A stretch of 64,000 nucleotides of DNA from Fibrobacteria bacterium (GTDB lineage Bacteria; Fibrobacterota; Fibrobacteria; UBA11236): assembly GCA_021155885.1 (NCBI GenBank), contig JAJNBB010000002.1:2929-66928 (forward strand), written 5' to 3'. This document shows positions 10,133 to 22,218 of this stretch, one piece after another. Position numbers and translations under genes: made by a program. Positions within the stretch are counted from its first letter, which is position 1, and every line of letters begins with the position of its first letter. The notes under the pieces are model-generated. The model had not been told where the DNA came from. It did not search any database and was given only the letters and a program-made list of their open reading frames with translations.

Positions 10133-12259
10133 TTAGGGCGAGGAGGTAGCCAGGCTTCCGTTGGCGCCCACGACCACCCAGAGGCTGGAGTTCCCCGCGG
10201 CGCCGTACTGGTTGCCGTTCAGAACCGTCAGGGGGGCGCTGCCCCGGGAAGCGGTCGAGGATCCCAGCACCGTGCCCCCGCTGCCGACGATCAGCAATTG
10301 GTTTCCCATCCAGGCCACCCCGTATAACGCGGTGGTGGCGCCTGCGCCCGTGGTGCGCGCGGTCCAGGTGATCCCGTCCGCCGAGGCGTATTCATGCGGC
10401 GAGAAGTTCGCGCCCACGGCCACGAAGGCGGTTCCGGCCCACGCCACGGCATTGTAGGCGTTCGGCGTGGGCGAGAGGCGCGACGTCCAGGTGATTCCGT
10501 CGGCGGAGGTCACGATCGTCCCGGCCGCGCCCACGGCAACCCATTGTCCCTTCCCGGAACTCGACGGGGGCGACCACGCCACGCCGTTCAGGGCGTTGGC
10601 GGTGCCCGAGGTTCGCACGGTCCACGTCGCCGCGTCCGGCGAGGTGAGGATGGTCCCTGCCGCGCCCACGGCCACCCACTGCGAGTCGGCGCGGACCACG
10701 GCGGCCAGGGGATTCGTCGTGCCCGATTTCCGCGGCGTCCAGTTCATGCCGTTATCGGACGAGGTCAGGATCGTTCCGTCGGCGCCGACTACGGCCCAGA
10801 CGCCGCCGCCGTTCGCCACCCCGCCGAGGGCGGCGTCGCTTCCGGAGTTGCGCAGGGTCCAGGTCGTGCCGTTGGGCGAGGTCAGGACCGTGCCCGAATC
10901 TCCGACAGCGACGAAGACGCTTCCCGAGGTCGCCACCGCCTTCAAGGTGTTGGCCGTGCCTGAAGTCCGGACCGTCCAGGCCGGTGGAGAGGTCGGGGTG
11001 GCGGGGGCCGACGGCAGGGAAAGCGGGCCGGAGCCCGCGGCGTTGATCGCCCGCGCCACGAAGGTGTAGGCGGCGCCGTTGGTCAACCCGTAGATCGTGC
11101 AGGCGGGCCCCGTCGCCTCGCACGACTTCGCCGTGTCGGAAACGGCGTAGGCCTTGTAACCCGTGATCACCGACCCGCCGTTCGCGGCCGGGGCCGTCCA
11201 CGATACCAGGACTTCGGCGTGTCCGGGAACGGCGGTCACCCCGGTCGGGGCGCCGGGAACATCGATCACCGCGGCGGTGGGGGTCACCGGCGGGGAGGCC
11301 GCCGAGGCGGGGCCCGCGCCCCTGCCGTTGGTGGCCTTGACCGCGAAGGTATAGGCGACGCCGTTGGTCAGGCCCGGAATGACGCAGGTCCGGGTTCCCG
11401 TCGTCGCGCAGCTCTTCAGCGTGTCCGCCGTTGCGTAGGCCTTGTAGCGCGTGATCGGCAGGCCGCCGTCCAGGGCGGGGGGCGCCCACGATACCGTAAC
11501 TTGTCCGTTACCCACCTCCGCGAGCACCGAGTCGGGCGCGCCCGGAGGCCCCAGCCGGATCACGGGCGCGGAGGCCGCCGAAAGCGGCCCCTGGACGAGG
11601 CCGTTCCTTCCGAAAACCCGGAAGGTGTACGGGACGCCGTCGACCAGGCCGTCGACCAGGCAGGAACGCCGCTGGTCGGTTCCCGCGAGCGTCGTCGTGT
11701 CGCCGCAGCGCTTCGTGCTGTCCTCCACGGCGCGGACTTCATAGGTCGCGGCGATGGTGTCGCCGCCCGCGACCGCGTCCCAAAAAACCACGACCTCTCC
11801 GAGGACGAGGCCCGCCGTCACCTGCTCGGGCCGGCGCGGCGCGGCCGTGAGGACGATCTCCGCGCTTACCGTGAGGCACGTCGTCATGATCACGGGCCGG
11901 AAATCGTGGGTGCGCGCGGGCGCGCAGATTTCGGAGTATTCCCCGTCCGGGCTGCCCTGAGCATACACGGCGAAGGAAACGGCCACGCCGTGGGGAATCC
12001 CGGAAAGGACGCACGTCGTATCCGGATCGCTCACGGTGCAGTTCAGGCCGCCGTCCCGGAGCTCCCCGTTCTCGCGGATCAGAAAGGCCGTATACGAGAG
12101 GGCGCCGGCGGAGCGGTTCCAGGTCAAAGTCACCGCATGGTCGCCCGGCTCCACGGAGAGGGCCTCTATCTCGGCGGGAACGCCTGGCTGCTCGGCGACC
12201 AAACAGGAAGCCAATAGCCCCGCCAAAAGGGCCATTCCCATCGAAAAAACCTTTTTCAT
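10133..12259 (-). CDS. Lipoprotein with about 4 FN3 repeats and C-terminal beta-propeller (paralog of 5594-7852)
   Basis: MKK start, lipobox LLASC; FN3 repeats; WVAVGAAGTI.TS.D...W blades. Confidence 0.88.
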   Translation of the reverse strand: MKKVFSMGMALLAGLLASCLVAEQPGVPAEIEALSVEPGDHAVTLTWNRSAGALSYTAFLIRENGELRDGGLNCTVSDPDTTCVLSGIPHGVAVSFAVYAQGSPDGEYSEICAPARTHDFRPVIMTTCLTVSAEIVLTAAPRRPEQVTAGLVLGEVVVFWDAVAGGDTIAATYEVRAVEDSTKRCGDTTTLAGTDQRRSCLVDGLVDGVPYTFRVFGRNGLVQGPLSAASAPVIRLGPPGAPDSVLAEVGNGQVTVSWAPPALDGGLPITRYKAYATADTLKSCATTGTRTCVIPGLTNGVAYTFAVKATNGRGAGPASAASPPVTPTAAVIDVPGAPTGVTAVPGHAEVLVSWTAPAANGGSVITGYKAYAVSDTAKSCEATGPACTIYGLTNGAAYTFVARAINAAGSGPLSLPSAPATPTSPPAWTVRTSGTANTLKAVATSGSVFVAVGDSGTVLTSPNGTTWTLRNSGSDAALGGVANGGGVWAVVGADGTILTSSDNGMNWTPRKSGTTNPLAAVVRADSQWVAVGAAGTILTSPDAATWTVRTSGTANALNGVAWSPPSSSGKGQWVAVGAAGTIVTSADGITWTSRLSPTPNAYNAVAWAGTAFVAVGANFSPHEYASADGITWTARTTGAGATTALYGVAWMGNQLLIVGSGGTVLGSSTASRGSAPLTVLNGNQYGAAGNSSLWVVVGANGSLATSSP

Positions 12260-12603
12260 TGCTTCAAATATACGTTTGCCTCTCCGCTCGCCATGCCCGC
12301 GCGCGCTAGCAACCTCGCGATGCCCGCGACGTGGCAAGCCTGCGTCCGATGGCTAAACGGCCTCAAAATCGCGACTTCGCCGTCCGGTCGCGTTATCGGT
12401 TTTCCAACAACCTCTCTCTTCGCCGTCAGGGACGCGGCGCGCGACCGCCGGTCGTCGGCGCCGTTTTCCGATTTAAAGAGGATCACAAATTTTTACCAAA
12501 AACCTGTGCATTCCGGGCTCTTTTCGACGTTATCACCAAACCCCGCGGCCAATTCGAACGAGCCGAACTAGCTATATTTGCCTCTCCCACCCGCGAGAAC
12601 TTT

Positions 12604-14247
<1,644 letters not shown>

Positions 14248-14348
14248 TTCTTGATTTTCAAACATCGACGCGGGTCTCGGCGGTATATTCTGCGAAACGG
14301 GATATGCCGCCGCCTGGCGGCCTTCCCGACAGAAAGGTCCGCACTCCC

Positions 14349-15602
14349 ATGTCTCTCAAGCCAATGAAAATTTCCCTGAGCCTCGCCGCCCTCTTGTCGG
14401 CTTTGACGGCCGCGCAAGCCGCCCGCGTTCCCGCCACCTCGGAAGGAACGGGCACCGGCACCCGCTGGACCTTTACCAGCGGCCCCGCCACCTTGAAATC
14501 CGGGGCCAAGGCCGCCGGCCGCATCATGTCGCTCCAGTATGCCGGCCTCGAAATCCTGCACATGGATACGGCTACCGCCACGAATTACGGCTCCACCTTC
14601 TGGCCCAGCCCGCAGGCGGCCTGGGCGAGCAACTGGCCCCCCTCGGCCAACATCGACGGCAACGGGGCCTACACGGCCATGTATACCGACACCTCGCTGG
14701 TGCTCAACGGCCAGACCGACGCCACCAACAACGTGCGCATCAACAAGCAGTATTGGGCCAACTCGGCGGACACTTCCTTTGGCCAGCGGTTCACCCTGAT
14801 CAACACCGGCACGTCGGCGAAGGCCTGGGCTCCGTGGCAGGATACCCGCGTCGATACCGGCGGCATCTATTTGTTCCCGAAGGGAACCGGCGCCCCGACC
14901 GGCGATCTCGGGCAATTCGTCAAGGATTCCAACAACATCAGTTGGTACCGTCACGACGCCAATAACACGCTGGCCTCCGGCACGACCAAGTTCTACGCCG
15001 ACGGCTCCCTCGGCTGGTTCGCCCACGTCAAGGCGAATCGCGTCGTGCTCATCAAGAAATTCAGCGACACGCCCGCGGCGAAAAAAGCCCCCGGAGTCGA
15101 GAACGAAATCGAACTCTACTCGACCAACAGACCGCTTACCGGCACGGATTTCGTGGAGATGGAGGTCCAGGGTTCCTATGACACGATCCCGGCGGGCGAT
15201 TCCATCGTCTGGAACATGAAGTGGTACGTGCGCAAGCTTCCGGACAGCGTCACGGTCGCGGTGGGCAACCCTTCCATCGTGAATTTCGTCAACAAGGTCC
15301 TCGCGGGCCCGGTTTCCATCAACGGGAACGCGGCGCGCTCCGCTCGGGCGTCCTCCTTCCAGCTGGGATCCGCCGGCCGCCGGATATCCCTGGATCTCGC
15401 GAAGAACGCCGACGTCACCCTTTCCCTGTTGAATTCCTCGGGCCGTGAAATCAGCCGTCTCCACGCCGGGCGCCTCGCTCAGGGCCGCCATGAGTTCGCG
15501 CTGGGCGCGGCGATGCCGAAGGGCGTCTATTGGATCGTCCTCAAGGAAGCCTCGCGCCCGGGCATCCTCGGGATGCACAAGCTGGTCTGGCTGGAGAATT
15601 AG
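14349..15602 (+). CDS. Secreted DUF4380-like protein with T9SS/FlgD-Ig-like C-terminal domain
   Basis: Signal peptide AQA; NYGSTFWPSPQ; C-terminal LLNSSGREI..KGVYWIVL. Confidence 0.65.
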   Translation: MSLKPMKISLSLAALLSALTAAQAARVPATSEGTGTGTRWTFTSGPATLKSGAKAAGRIMSLQYAGLEILHMDTATATNYGSTFWPSPQAAWASNWPPSANIDGNGAYTAMYTDTSLVLNGQTDATNNVRINKQYWANSADTSFGQRFTLINTGTSAKAWAPWQDTRVDTGGIYLFPKGTGAPTGDLGQFVKDSNNISWYRHDANNTLASGTTKFYADGSLGWFAHVKANRVVLIKKFSDTPAAKKAPGVENEIELYSTNRPLTGTDFVEMEVQGSYDTIPAGDSIVWNMKWYVRKLPDSVTVAVGNPSIVNFVNKVLAGPVSINGNAARSARASSFQLGSAGRRISLDLAKNADVTLSLLNSSGREISRLHAGRLAQGRHEFALGAAMPKGVYWIVLKEASRPGILGMHKLVWLEN

Positions 15603-15626
15603 GCGCGGGCTTTTCGCGTCCTTTGG

Positions 15627-15655
15627 AGGAGGCCTTCGCGGGCCTCCTTTTTTTT
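15627..15655 (+). terminator. Rho-independent terminator
   Basis: AGGAGGCC-TTCGCG-GGCCTCC followed by T8. Confidence 0.85.
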
Positions 15656-15745
15656 GTCGAAGTCCGCGAATTTCGGGACTCCGGGGGCCCCCGGCCTTGT
15701 ATTTTCCCCGGCAGTCGCGCCCCATGCACCTACTACTTTTCCAGC

Positions 15746-15988
15746 ATGCCCTTTACATACCGGCTGATCTCCTTTCTTTATGGATTGCTGGTCCATCCCC
15801 GCAGCCGTCAGCCGCGACGCGGCGTTTTCGCGCTTTTGTACTACGCCATCGGCGGCTTCGTGGCCTTCATCGTGGTCAGCATGGTGCTGCTTTGCCTGGA
15901 GGCCTACAATCTTCCCTTCGCGCGCGACTTCCTGTACGCCCGCATGGGCGCCCCGGTGCTGACCGCCCTGGAATCCCTGCTGTTTTGA
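15746..15988 (+). CDS. Small membrane protein (80 aa), first gene of the two-component operon
   Basis: One strong hydrophobic helix; GC3-rich codons; TACTTT box 6 nt upstream. Confidence 0.6.
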   Translation: MPFTYRLISFLYGLLVHPRSRQPRRGVFALLYYAIGGFVAFIVVSMVLLCLEAYNLPFARDFLYARMGAPVLTALESLLF

Positions 15989-16018
15989 CCGGCCGAGGGT
16001 GAACGTCGTGGTGAAAAC

Positions 16019-18001
16019 ATGGCCCTGAAGATCCCGCGCCGCCGCCTGCTGCTCTTCGCGGTCCCCATTCTGCTGCCGGGCCTCGTGCTCGCCTACCTCA
16101 GCTTCCGTTCGGTGAAGGACGAGCGTCTGCTGCTGGAAAAATCGCAGGAGGCGCGCTACGAGTCCTTCGCCGACGCCGTGGACCGCACGATCCGCAAGAC
16201 GCGCCAGGCCCACCTCGAGCGGCTGCGCAAGGATCTGTCGGAAGGGGGCGCGGCCGAGACGCCCGCCGCCGCCTGGTCGCTCGCCTCGCGCCTGCTCGAG
16301 AACCCGCTGACGCATTCGGTGGCCGTCTTTCACGGAGACACCGCGATGTTCCCCCGCATGCCGCGCAACGATTCCGGGCCCGCCGAAAGCCTCTCCCCGG
16401 CCGCGGAAGGGCTGCGCCGCGGACCGCGCAACGCCCTGGAAAGACAGGTGCGCGAGGAGTGGCGCGCCGGCTTGTACGGAAAGGCGCTCGCGAGCCTGCG
16501 CCTGCTTTTGCACGGCCCCGACAGCCTCGGCCCGGAAAACGTCGAGCTCCGGTTCGGCTTTCGCCTGATGGAACTGAAATGCCTCGCGCGCCTTGGCGAC
16601 GCTTCCGAGGCCGTCGCGGCCGCGCGCCGCATGGTGCGCGACCTCATGGAAACCTCGGAATTGGACTCCTATTATCGAACGGGCTTCTATCTCTCGGAGA
16701 CGGCCGACCTGATGACCTCGATGGAAAACCTTCCCCGCGACGCGCGCGAGGAATTTTTCACCTTGCACCAGCGCCTGCCCCGCTTTCTTTCGAACGCGGA
16801 CGTCGTCCGCCGCGAGTGGCCGGATTCGCCCGAGGAAATCCTCCGCAGCCAGGCCTATGGACCGGAGGACTCGCTGCGCGTGCAGTACTACCGGGGCATG
16901 CCCTACCTGCTGGTCGGATTCCCCTGGCTGGACCAGGGTGCGCAGGCGCTGATCCGGCTGGAAGACCGCGTGCTGGTGGAAGCGCTGCGCACCGAACTGC
17001 AGCAGGACCGCCGCTCGTTGTGGAAGGACATGGACTTCTCCGTTTCGAACCTCCGCGACGAAACCGTCCTGGCCTCCGAGGGATTGAACGCGGGCGAGCG
17101 CGAGCCGGCGCTCGAGCGTTCCTTCGAGGAGCAGTTCCCGGCCTGGAGGCTCGTGGTCTACAAGAAGCCGGCGGGCGACCTCATCGCGCAGGGACGCTGG
17201 CGCATCGGGCTCCAGTACACCTTGCTGGCCTTCTCCCTCCTCTCGCTGCTGATGGGGATCGTGGTTTTGTTCAAGGCGCTGGCCGACGAGCAGCGCCTGG
17301 TCAGCATGAAGAGCAATTTCATCTCCGCCGTTTCCCACGAGCTGAAAACGCCGCTCACCGCCATCCGCATGTTTTCGGAGATGCTGGCGAGCGGGCGCGC
17401 GGCCGAGGAAAAGCGCGGGCAATACGCGCAGCGCATCGGCGCCGAGGCCGAGCGCCTGCAGGGCATGATCGAGGGGATTCTCAACTACACGCGCCTCGAG
17501 GAAAACCCGGACGCGCTGCGTTTCGAGGAACTCGACCTCTCCGAGGCGGCGCGGGATTCGGCGGCCCTGATGTCGGGAGCCTTCGCCAAGGCGGGCATTC
17601 GCCTGACGACCCGCCTGGCCGAAAGCGCCCCGTTGCGGGCCGACTACAACGCGGTGCGCTCCGTGATCCAGAATCTCCTGGAGAACGCGCTAAAATATTC
17701 CCCCGCCGGGTCCGAGGTCGTGTTGGAAATCCGCGCGCTTTCCGCGGAGATTATTCTGCGCGTTGCCGACCGGGGCATCGGCATCGAGCCGGCGGACCTG
17801 AAGCGTATTTTTGAGAAATTCTACCGGGCCGGGGACGAAATGACGCGGCGCACGCGCGGCAGCGGCCTGGGGCTGGCGCTGGTGAAGCGCATCGTGGACG
17901 CGCACGGCGGCACGATCAAGGTCGCCAGCAAACCCGGCGAGGGAACGGAAATGACGATAATTTTCAGGAGGGAAACGGATGCACCGCATACTGATCGTTG
18001 A
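16019..18001 (+). CDS. Sensor histidine kinase (HisKA + HATPase) with large extracytoplasmic domain
   Basis: Two TM helices, SHELKTPL, NLLENALKY, DRGIGI, GSGLGL. Confidence 0.95.
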   Translation: MALKIPRRRLLLFAVPILLPGLVLAYLSFRSVKDERLLLEKSQEARYESFADAVDRTIRKTRQAHLERLRKDLSEGGAAETPAAAWSLASRLLENPLTHSVAVFHGDTAMFPRMPRNDSGPAESLSPAAEGLRRGPRNALERQVREEWRAGLYGKALASLRLLLHGPDSLGPENVELRFGFRLMELKCLARLGDASEAVAAARRMVRDLMETSELDSYYRTGFYLSETADLMTSMENLPRDAREEFFTLHQRLPRFLSNADVVRREWPDSPEEILRSQAYGPEDSLRVQYYRGMPYLLVGFPWLDQGAQALIRLEDRVLVEALRTELQQDRRSLWKDMDFSVSNLRDETVLASEGLNAGEREPALERSFEEQFPAWRLVVYKKPAGDLIAQGRWRIGLQYTLLAFSLLSLLMGIVVLFKALADEQRLVSMKSNFISAVSHELKTPLTAIRMFSEMLASGRAAEEKRGQYAQRIGAEAERLQGMIEGILNYTRLEENPDALRFEELDLSEAARDSAALMSGAFAKAGIRLTTRLAESAPLRADYNAVRSVIQNLLENALKYSPAGSEVVLEIRALSAEIILRVADRGIGIEPADLKRIFEKFYRAGDEMTRRTRGSGLGLALVKRIVDAHGGTIKVASKPGEGTEMTIIFRRETDAPHTDR

Positions 18002-18692
18002 GGACGAGGAAGCCATCCGCTCGGGCCTGCTCGATTTGCTGGAGATCGAGGGCTATGAAACCGCGGCGGTGGCCGACGGCGAAGCCGCGCTGGAGAAGGC
18101 CGCCCAGTGGAAGCCACACCTTGTGCTGCTCGACCTGATGCTGCCCAAGTCGAGCGGCTTCGACGTGTGCCGCCACCTCCGCAAGCATCATCCGGATATT
18201 TTCGTGATCATGCTGACCGCCAAGAACGAGGAGATGTCCAAGATCGCGGGCCTCGAGATGGGCGCGGACGATTACATCACCAAGCCGTTCAGCGTGTCGG
18301 AGCTGCTGGCGCGCGTGAAAACGCGCCTGCGCCGCCGCACCGAGGCCTCCGCGACGGGAGAGCCCGACCTGCTGGAGTTCGGCGAGGTCAAGATCGATTT
18401 CCGCCGGTACGAGGCCCTGCGCAAGGACAAGCACCTCGATCTCTCCGCCAAGGAGTTCCAGATCCTGCGCTACCTGGCGGGCCGCGCCGGCGAAGTCGTG
18501 ACGCGCGAGGACCTTTTGCAGGCGATCTGGGGCTACACCCCCGACAACATGCCCACCACGCGCACCGTGGACAACCAGATCCTGAAGCTGCGCCAAAAAC
18601 TGGAACAGGACGCGGCCCATCCCGTCTGGATCAAGAGCGTGCGGGGCGTCGGGTACAAGTTCGATCCCGAGGGCTCGCCGTCGGCGGAATGA
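17979..18692 (+). CDS. OmpR/PhoB-family response regulator
   Basis: ILIVEDE, LDLMLP, GADDYITKPF, winged helix RTVD..LRQKLE..VRGVGY. Confidence 0.96.
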   Translation: MHRILIVEDEEAIRSGLLDLLEIEGYETAAVADGEAALEKAAQWKPHLVLLDLMLPKSSGFDVCRHLRKHHPDIFVIMLTAKNEEMSKIAGLEMGADDYITKPFSVSELLARVKTRLRRRTEASATGEPDLLEFGEVKIDFRRYEALRKDKHLDLSAKEFQILRYLAGRAGEVVTREDLLQAIWGYTPDNMPTTRTVDNQILKLRQKLEQDAAHPVWIKSVRGVGYKFDPEGSPSAE

Positions 18693-21280
18693 TGAGCAGG
18701 CAAGACGGCAGGAAAAAAGCATGGGCGGGCGCGGTCGGCGCCCTCGCCCTGCTATGCCTGTGCCTGGGCCCGGCGCCGGCCGCGGCGCGCGACGCGCGCT
18801 ATGCCGAGGAACAAAGGGCGCTGGAGAACGCGCGCTACCTGTTCGAGATCGAGGGCGACAACGCGGGCGCTTACGCCATCCTCGACAAGTTGAAGGATTC
18901 CCGCAACGAGGAGATTCGCGCACAAGGGCTGTACCTGCGCGGTTTCTTTCTGGAAGAACAGGGTAAAACGGCCGAGGCCATCCGGCTGTATACCGGGGCG
19001 CTCGGCAGCGACGGCCTTCCCCCGCCGCAGAAACAGCGCCTGATCGCGCGCCTGCTGGAACTGAACCCCGAGGCCATCAAACCCTTCCGCGAGGCCGGAA
19101 AAACCCGGGGGCTGCCGGCGCGCGTGTTCGAAAGCCCCTCGGCGGCGGGAACGGTGTACGTGCTGGCGCAGGCCGGCGACGGGGAACGGGCGACCCGGCT
19201 TTCGGTGCAGGACAATCAGGGGATGCTGCGATCGCTGAACGCCGCCCTCACGGCGGACGAAGAGGTTCTCGACGCCACTCCCGACCGGGTGTTGACCCGC
19301 AGCCTTTCCCGCCAGAGAATTTTCCTGCGCCGCGCGCCGCGCTTCGCCGCGGTGGTGGCCGAGGAAAAATTCCAGGCGCTGGACGGATTCCTGTTCTCCG
19401 GGGAGTCCGGTGAATTCCTGCTCATCGGCGAAAGGGGCGTGCGGCTCATGCGCGGCGCGCAAACGTTGTTCTCGCACCCGCTTCCGGGGCCGGGCTGCGT
19501 CTACCACCCCTCGGCGCCGCGCGCGCGTCAGGGCGTTCTCTTCTGTCCCGGCCAGGGCCTCTACCGCGCCGACTTCGCGCGCCGCTCGCTCACGCCCCTT
19601 CCCCTCGCCGGGGAGGCCCCCTCCGAGGTCGTGCTCTCCGGGGAATACCTCGCGCTTCGCTATGTGGACAAGGTGGAAATCCGGCGCGGTCCCGCCTTCA
19701 ACGCCTTTCTCTGGGGATTCCCCTCGGGCCTTCAGGACCCCCTGGTATTGGGCCGCGGGCACGCCTTTTTGGCCTCGGGCGGCGGACCCCTGCGCGCCTT
19801 CTCGCTGCGGACCGGCCGCCTCGACTGGCAGCGCGACATCGGCGCCTCCGCGCTGCGGGCCGAAGGCGGTGAACTCTTCGTGCTCACGCACGCCCGCACC
19901 TGCCTCGCGCTCGACGAAAGGGGGCGCCTGCTTTACACCTACGAAACCGGATGGACCGAGGAAGAACCCCTGCTGCTGCCCACCCGCGACTGGCTGGTCG
20001 TGCAGCAAGCCGGAGGCGGGCGCACGCGCCTCAATCGCGAACTGCTCCGCCTGACGGGCCCCCACCGGGAATACCTGTTCCACGAGGTGAACGCGAACCT
20101 CGCGCGGGGCGATGCGCGCGGCGCGCTCAAGGAACTCAATTCCCTGATCGCCCTGGAACCCGGCAACGGCGCGGCCTGGCGAGAAAAAGCGCGCCTGCTG
20201 CCCGGCCTCGGCGCCTCCCGCGCCGAACAGACGCACGCCTGGCTGCAGGCCGCGCGTTCCGCCGGCGCCGCGCCCTGGAGCGCCGATCCGGCGTTCCGCA
20301 GCCTTTCGGCGGGTCTCGGGGCCGCCTGGACCTGGAAACGGCAGCCGGGTCCGCGCTTCTTCCCCGCCCTCACGGGCGGCCGCCAATTCGCCTTCTACGT
20401 GGAAAACGACAATCAAACCCTGGTGGTTCTCGATTCCCGCTCGGGCGCGCTCAAGGGAAGCTACCGCTTTCCGGAACCCCTCGATCTCAAGGTGGCGGCA
20501 TGGACGGGAGACACGCTGGTGGTATCGAGCGCGACCCGCCTGTACCTGATGGCGCCGCTGCGCGGGACCACGGTGCTCGCGCAAATCCGGCTGCGCAATC
20601 CCGTGGGACAGGCGCTGATGCTGCCCGAAGGTCTGCTCCTCAGCGACTGGAACGGGAACCTGCAACTGCTGGATCTCGCCGCGCGGCGGCCGCGCTGGGA
20701 AGCCCGCCTGGGCCGCGGAGGGCTCTTGCTGGCGCGCGTGAAAAGCGCCGGCGAGGTGGACGTCGCCGAAATCGAGGGCGGGTACCATCGCGTCCGCCTG
20801 CAGGACGGACGGAGCCTCGGGAGCCTGCGCCTGCCGCCGGGAACGATCACGGAGATCCACGCCGGCGAGGACCTCGCCTACGTGGGCTACAACGAAGGGC
20901 TCATCGTCGGCATCGACCGCGCCCGCACCGCCATCGCCTGGCAACGCGACATGGGAGAGCAGATCTTCAGCCTTTCCGGGCGCGGCGACCAGGTGCTGAT
21001 CGTCGGAACGGCCTCGAAGCGCATCCTCAACCTCCGCGGCAAGACCGGGGCCCCGCAATCCCAGACGCAGGTTTCCACCTATCTGTTCAACCGTCCCGTC
21101 CTCACCGACGAGGGCTATTGGATCGGCACCACCGAGCCCGCCCTCGAAAAGCGGTCCTGGGCCCACGTCGTGCTGCTCAAGCTGCCCCTGACCGACATGC
21201 CCGGAACGCCCTCCTTGGTGGGCCCCGGCATCGCCGTCTCCACCCTCGACAACTTCATCCTGCTGTTTCAGGCAAAGTGA
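18689..21280 (+). CDS. Exported TPR + PQQ-like beta-propeller protein
   Basis: Signal peptide; TPR-like helices; repeated TG.L.W/PQQ-type blades; ATGA overlap with the regulator. Confidence 0.7.
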   Translation: MMSRQDGRKKAWAGAVGALALLCLCLGPAPAAARDARYAEEQRALENARYLFEIEGDNAGAYAILDKLKDSRNEEIRAQGLYLRGFFLEEQGKTAEAIRLYTGALGSDGLPPPQKQRLIARLLELNPEAIKPFREAGKTRGLPARVFESPSAAGTVYVLAQAGDGERATRLSVQDNQGMLRSLNAALTADEEVLDATPDRVLTRSLSRQRIFLRRAPRFAAVVAEEKFQALDGFLFSGESGEFLLIGERGVRLMRGAQTLFSHPLPGPGCVYHPSAPRARQGVLFCPGQGLYRADFARRSLTPLPLAGEAPSEVVLSGEYLALRYVDKVEIRRGPAFNAFLWGFPSGLQDPLVLGRGHAFLASGGGPLRAFSLRTGRLDWQRDIGASALRAEGGELFVLTHARTCLALDERGRLLYTYETGWTEEEPLLLPTRDWLVVQQAGGGRTRLNRELLRLTGPHREYLFHEVNANLARGDARGALKELNSLIALEPGNGAAWREKARLLPGLGASRAEQTHAWLQAARSAGAAPWSADPAFRSLSAGLGAAWTWKRQPGPRFFPALTGGRQFAFYVENDNQTLVVLDSRSGALKGSYRFPEPLDLKVAAWTGDTLVVSSATRLYLMAPLRGTTVLAQIRLRNPVGQALMLPEGLLLSDWNGNLQLLDLAARRPRWEARLGRGGLLLARVKSAGEVDVAEIEGGYHRVRLQDGRSLGSLRLPPGTITEIHAGEDLAYVGYNEGLIVGIDRARTAIAWQRDMGEQIFSLSGRGDQVLIVGTASKRILNLRGKTGAPQSQTQVSTYLFNRPVLTDEGYWIGTTEPALEKRSWAHVVLLKLPLTDMPGTPSLVGPGIAVSTLDNFILLFQAK

Positions 21281-21292
21281 GGTTATTGCTCG

Positions 21293-21359
21293 TAGCGAAC
21301 AGCGTACAGCCGGAAAACCCGGAATGCAGCGTTTGCTGTCAGCTGTACGCTGTCCGCTA
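21293..21359. repeat. Heptamer-unit palindrome (CAGCGNA type)
   Basis: TAGCGAA CAGCGTA CAGCCG vs CAGCTG TACGCTG TCCGCTA (18/20 complementary). Confidence 0.85.
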
Positions 21360-21389
21360 GTTTCTAGGTTTTCCGCCCCAGGAGGCCCC

Positions 21390-22190
21390 ATGGTCCAGAA
21401 AAAGTTTTTCGTTCCCAACCTCTTCACAGGCCTGAACTTCCTGATCGGGATCTACGCCATTTTGCTGATGGCCGAAGCCCTGATTCCCGACCGCGGCGGG
21501 CGCTCCGTGCTGGGTTTCGGCAAGCCCCCGCTCGTGCTCGCCGCCTGGATGATCACCTGGTGCGTCCTGCTCGACAAGCTGGACGGGTTCATGGCCAAGT
21601 TGCTGAACGCCTCTTCCGAATTCGGGGCGCAGTTCGACAGCCTCGCCGACCTCATCGCCTTCGGCGTCGCTCCCGCGCTTCTCGTCTACTACTACCTCCA
21701 GTACGTCGCCGCCGACTGGGCGGCCACGCACCGCCCCCTCATGATCGCCTCGCTTTCGGTTTACGTGATTTGCGCGGCGCTCCGCCTGGCCCGCTACAAC
21801 GCGGTCGACTCCGACGAGCTCAAGAATTACTTCCAGGGCCTTCCCTCCACCTTCGCGGGCGGCTTCGTGGCGCTCAGCGTGATCCTCCACCACAAGTATG
21901 AGCTGGCCGGGTCGTTCCCCTTCAGCCTTTCCATGCTTCCGCTCCTTCTCATCCTGACCGGATTGCTCATGGTCAGCCCCTTGTACCTGCCCAAGCTGGT
22001 GCGCCGCGACAACAAGGTCGCGAACACCATTCAGATCGTGAACGTCTTCATCGGCTACCTCTGCGGCTTCGGCATGGTGCTTCCGGAGTTCCTCCTCCTC
22101 CTGCTGCTCACCTACGCCGGATGGGGCTTCACGAAGGGCCTCGCGCACAAGGCCGAAATCGACCAGCGCCGGGCTTCCGTCGAAACCTGA
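21390..22190 (+). CDS. pssA: CDP-alcohol phosphatidyltransferase (PssA-like phosphatidylserine synthase)
   Basis: PNLFT, DKLDG..A....SEFGAQFDSLAD, LRLARYN, FQGLP; AGGAGG RBS. Confidence 0.85.
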   Translation: MVQKKFFVPNLFTGLNFLIGIYAILLMAEALIPDRGGRSVLGFGKPPLVLAAWMITWCVLLDKLDGFMAKLLNASSEFGAQFDSLADLIAFGVAPALLVYYYLQYVAADWAATHRPLMIASLSVYVICAALRLARYNAVDSDELKNYFQGLPSTFAGGFVALSVILHHKYELAGSFPFSLSMLPLLLILTGLLMVSPLYLPKLVRRDNKVANTIQIVNVFIGYLCGFGMVLPEFLLLLLLTYAGWGFTKGLAHKAEIDQRRASVET

Positions 22191-22218
22191 CGTCGGGTCG
22201 AACAACGCGCGTCGTTCC

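Noticed and set aside
10114..10135. GGAGTCTT tandem dimer between convergent genes
   Set aside because: Period 8, only two units and no inverted partner; not counted in the heptamer family.
18107..18688. N-terminal extension of the 1057-aa ORF (similar extensions at 7961-8359, 26262-27254 and 46861-47703) as a frameshift or fusion
   Set aside because: These are out-of-frame overlaps of real upstream genes, common in GC-rich DNA; internal starts explain them.
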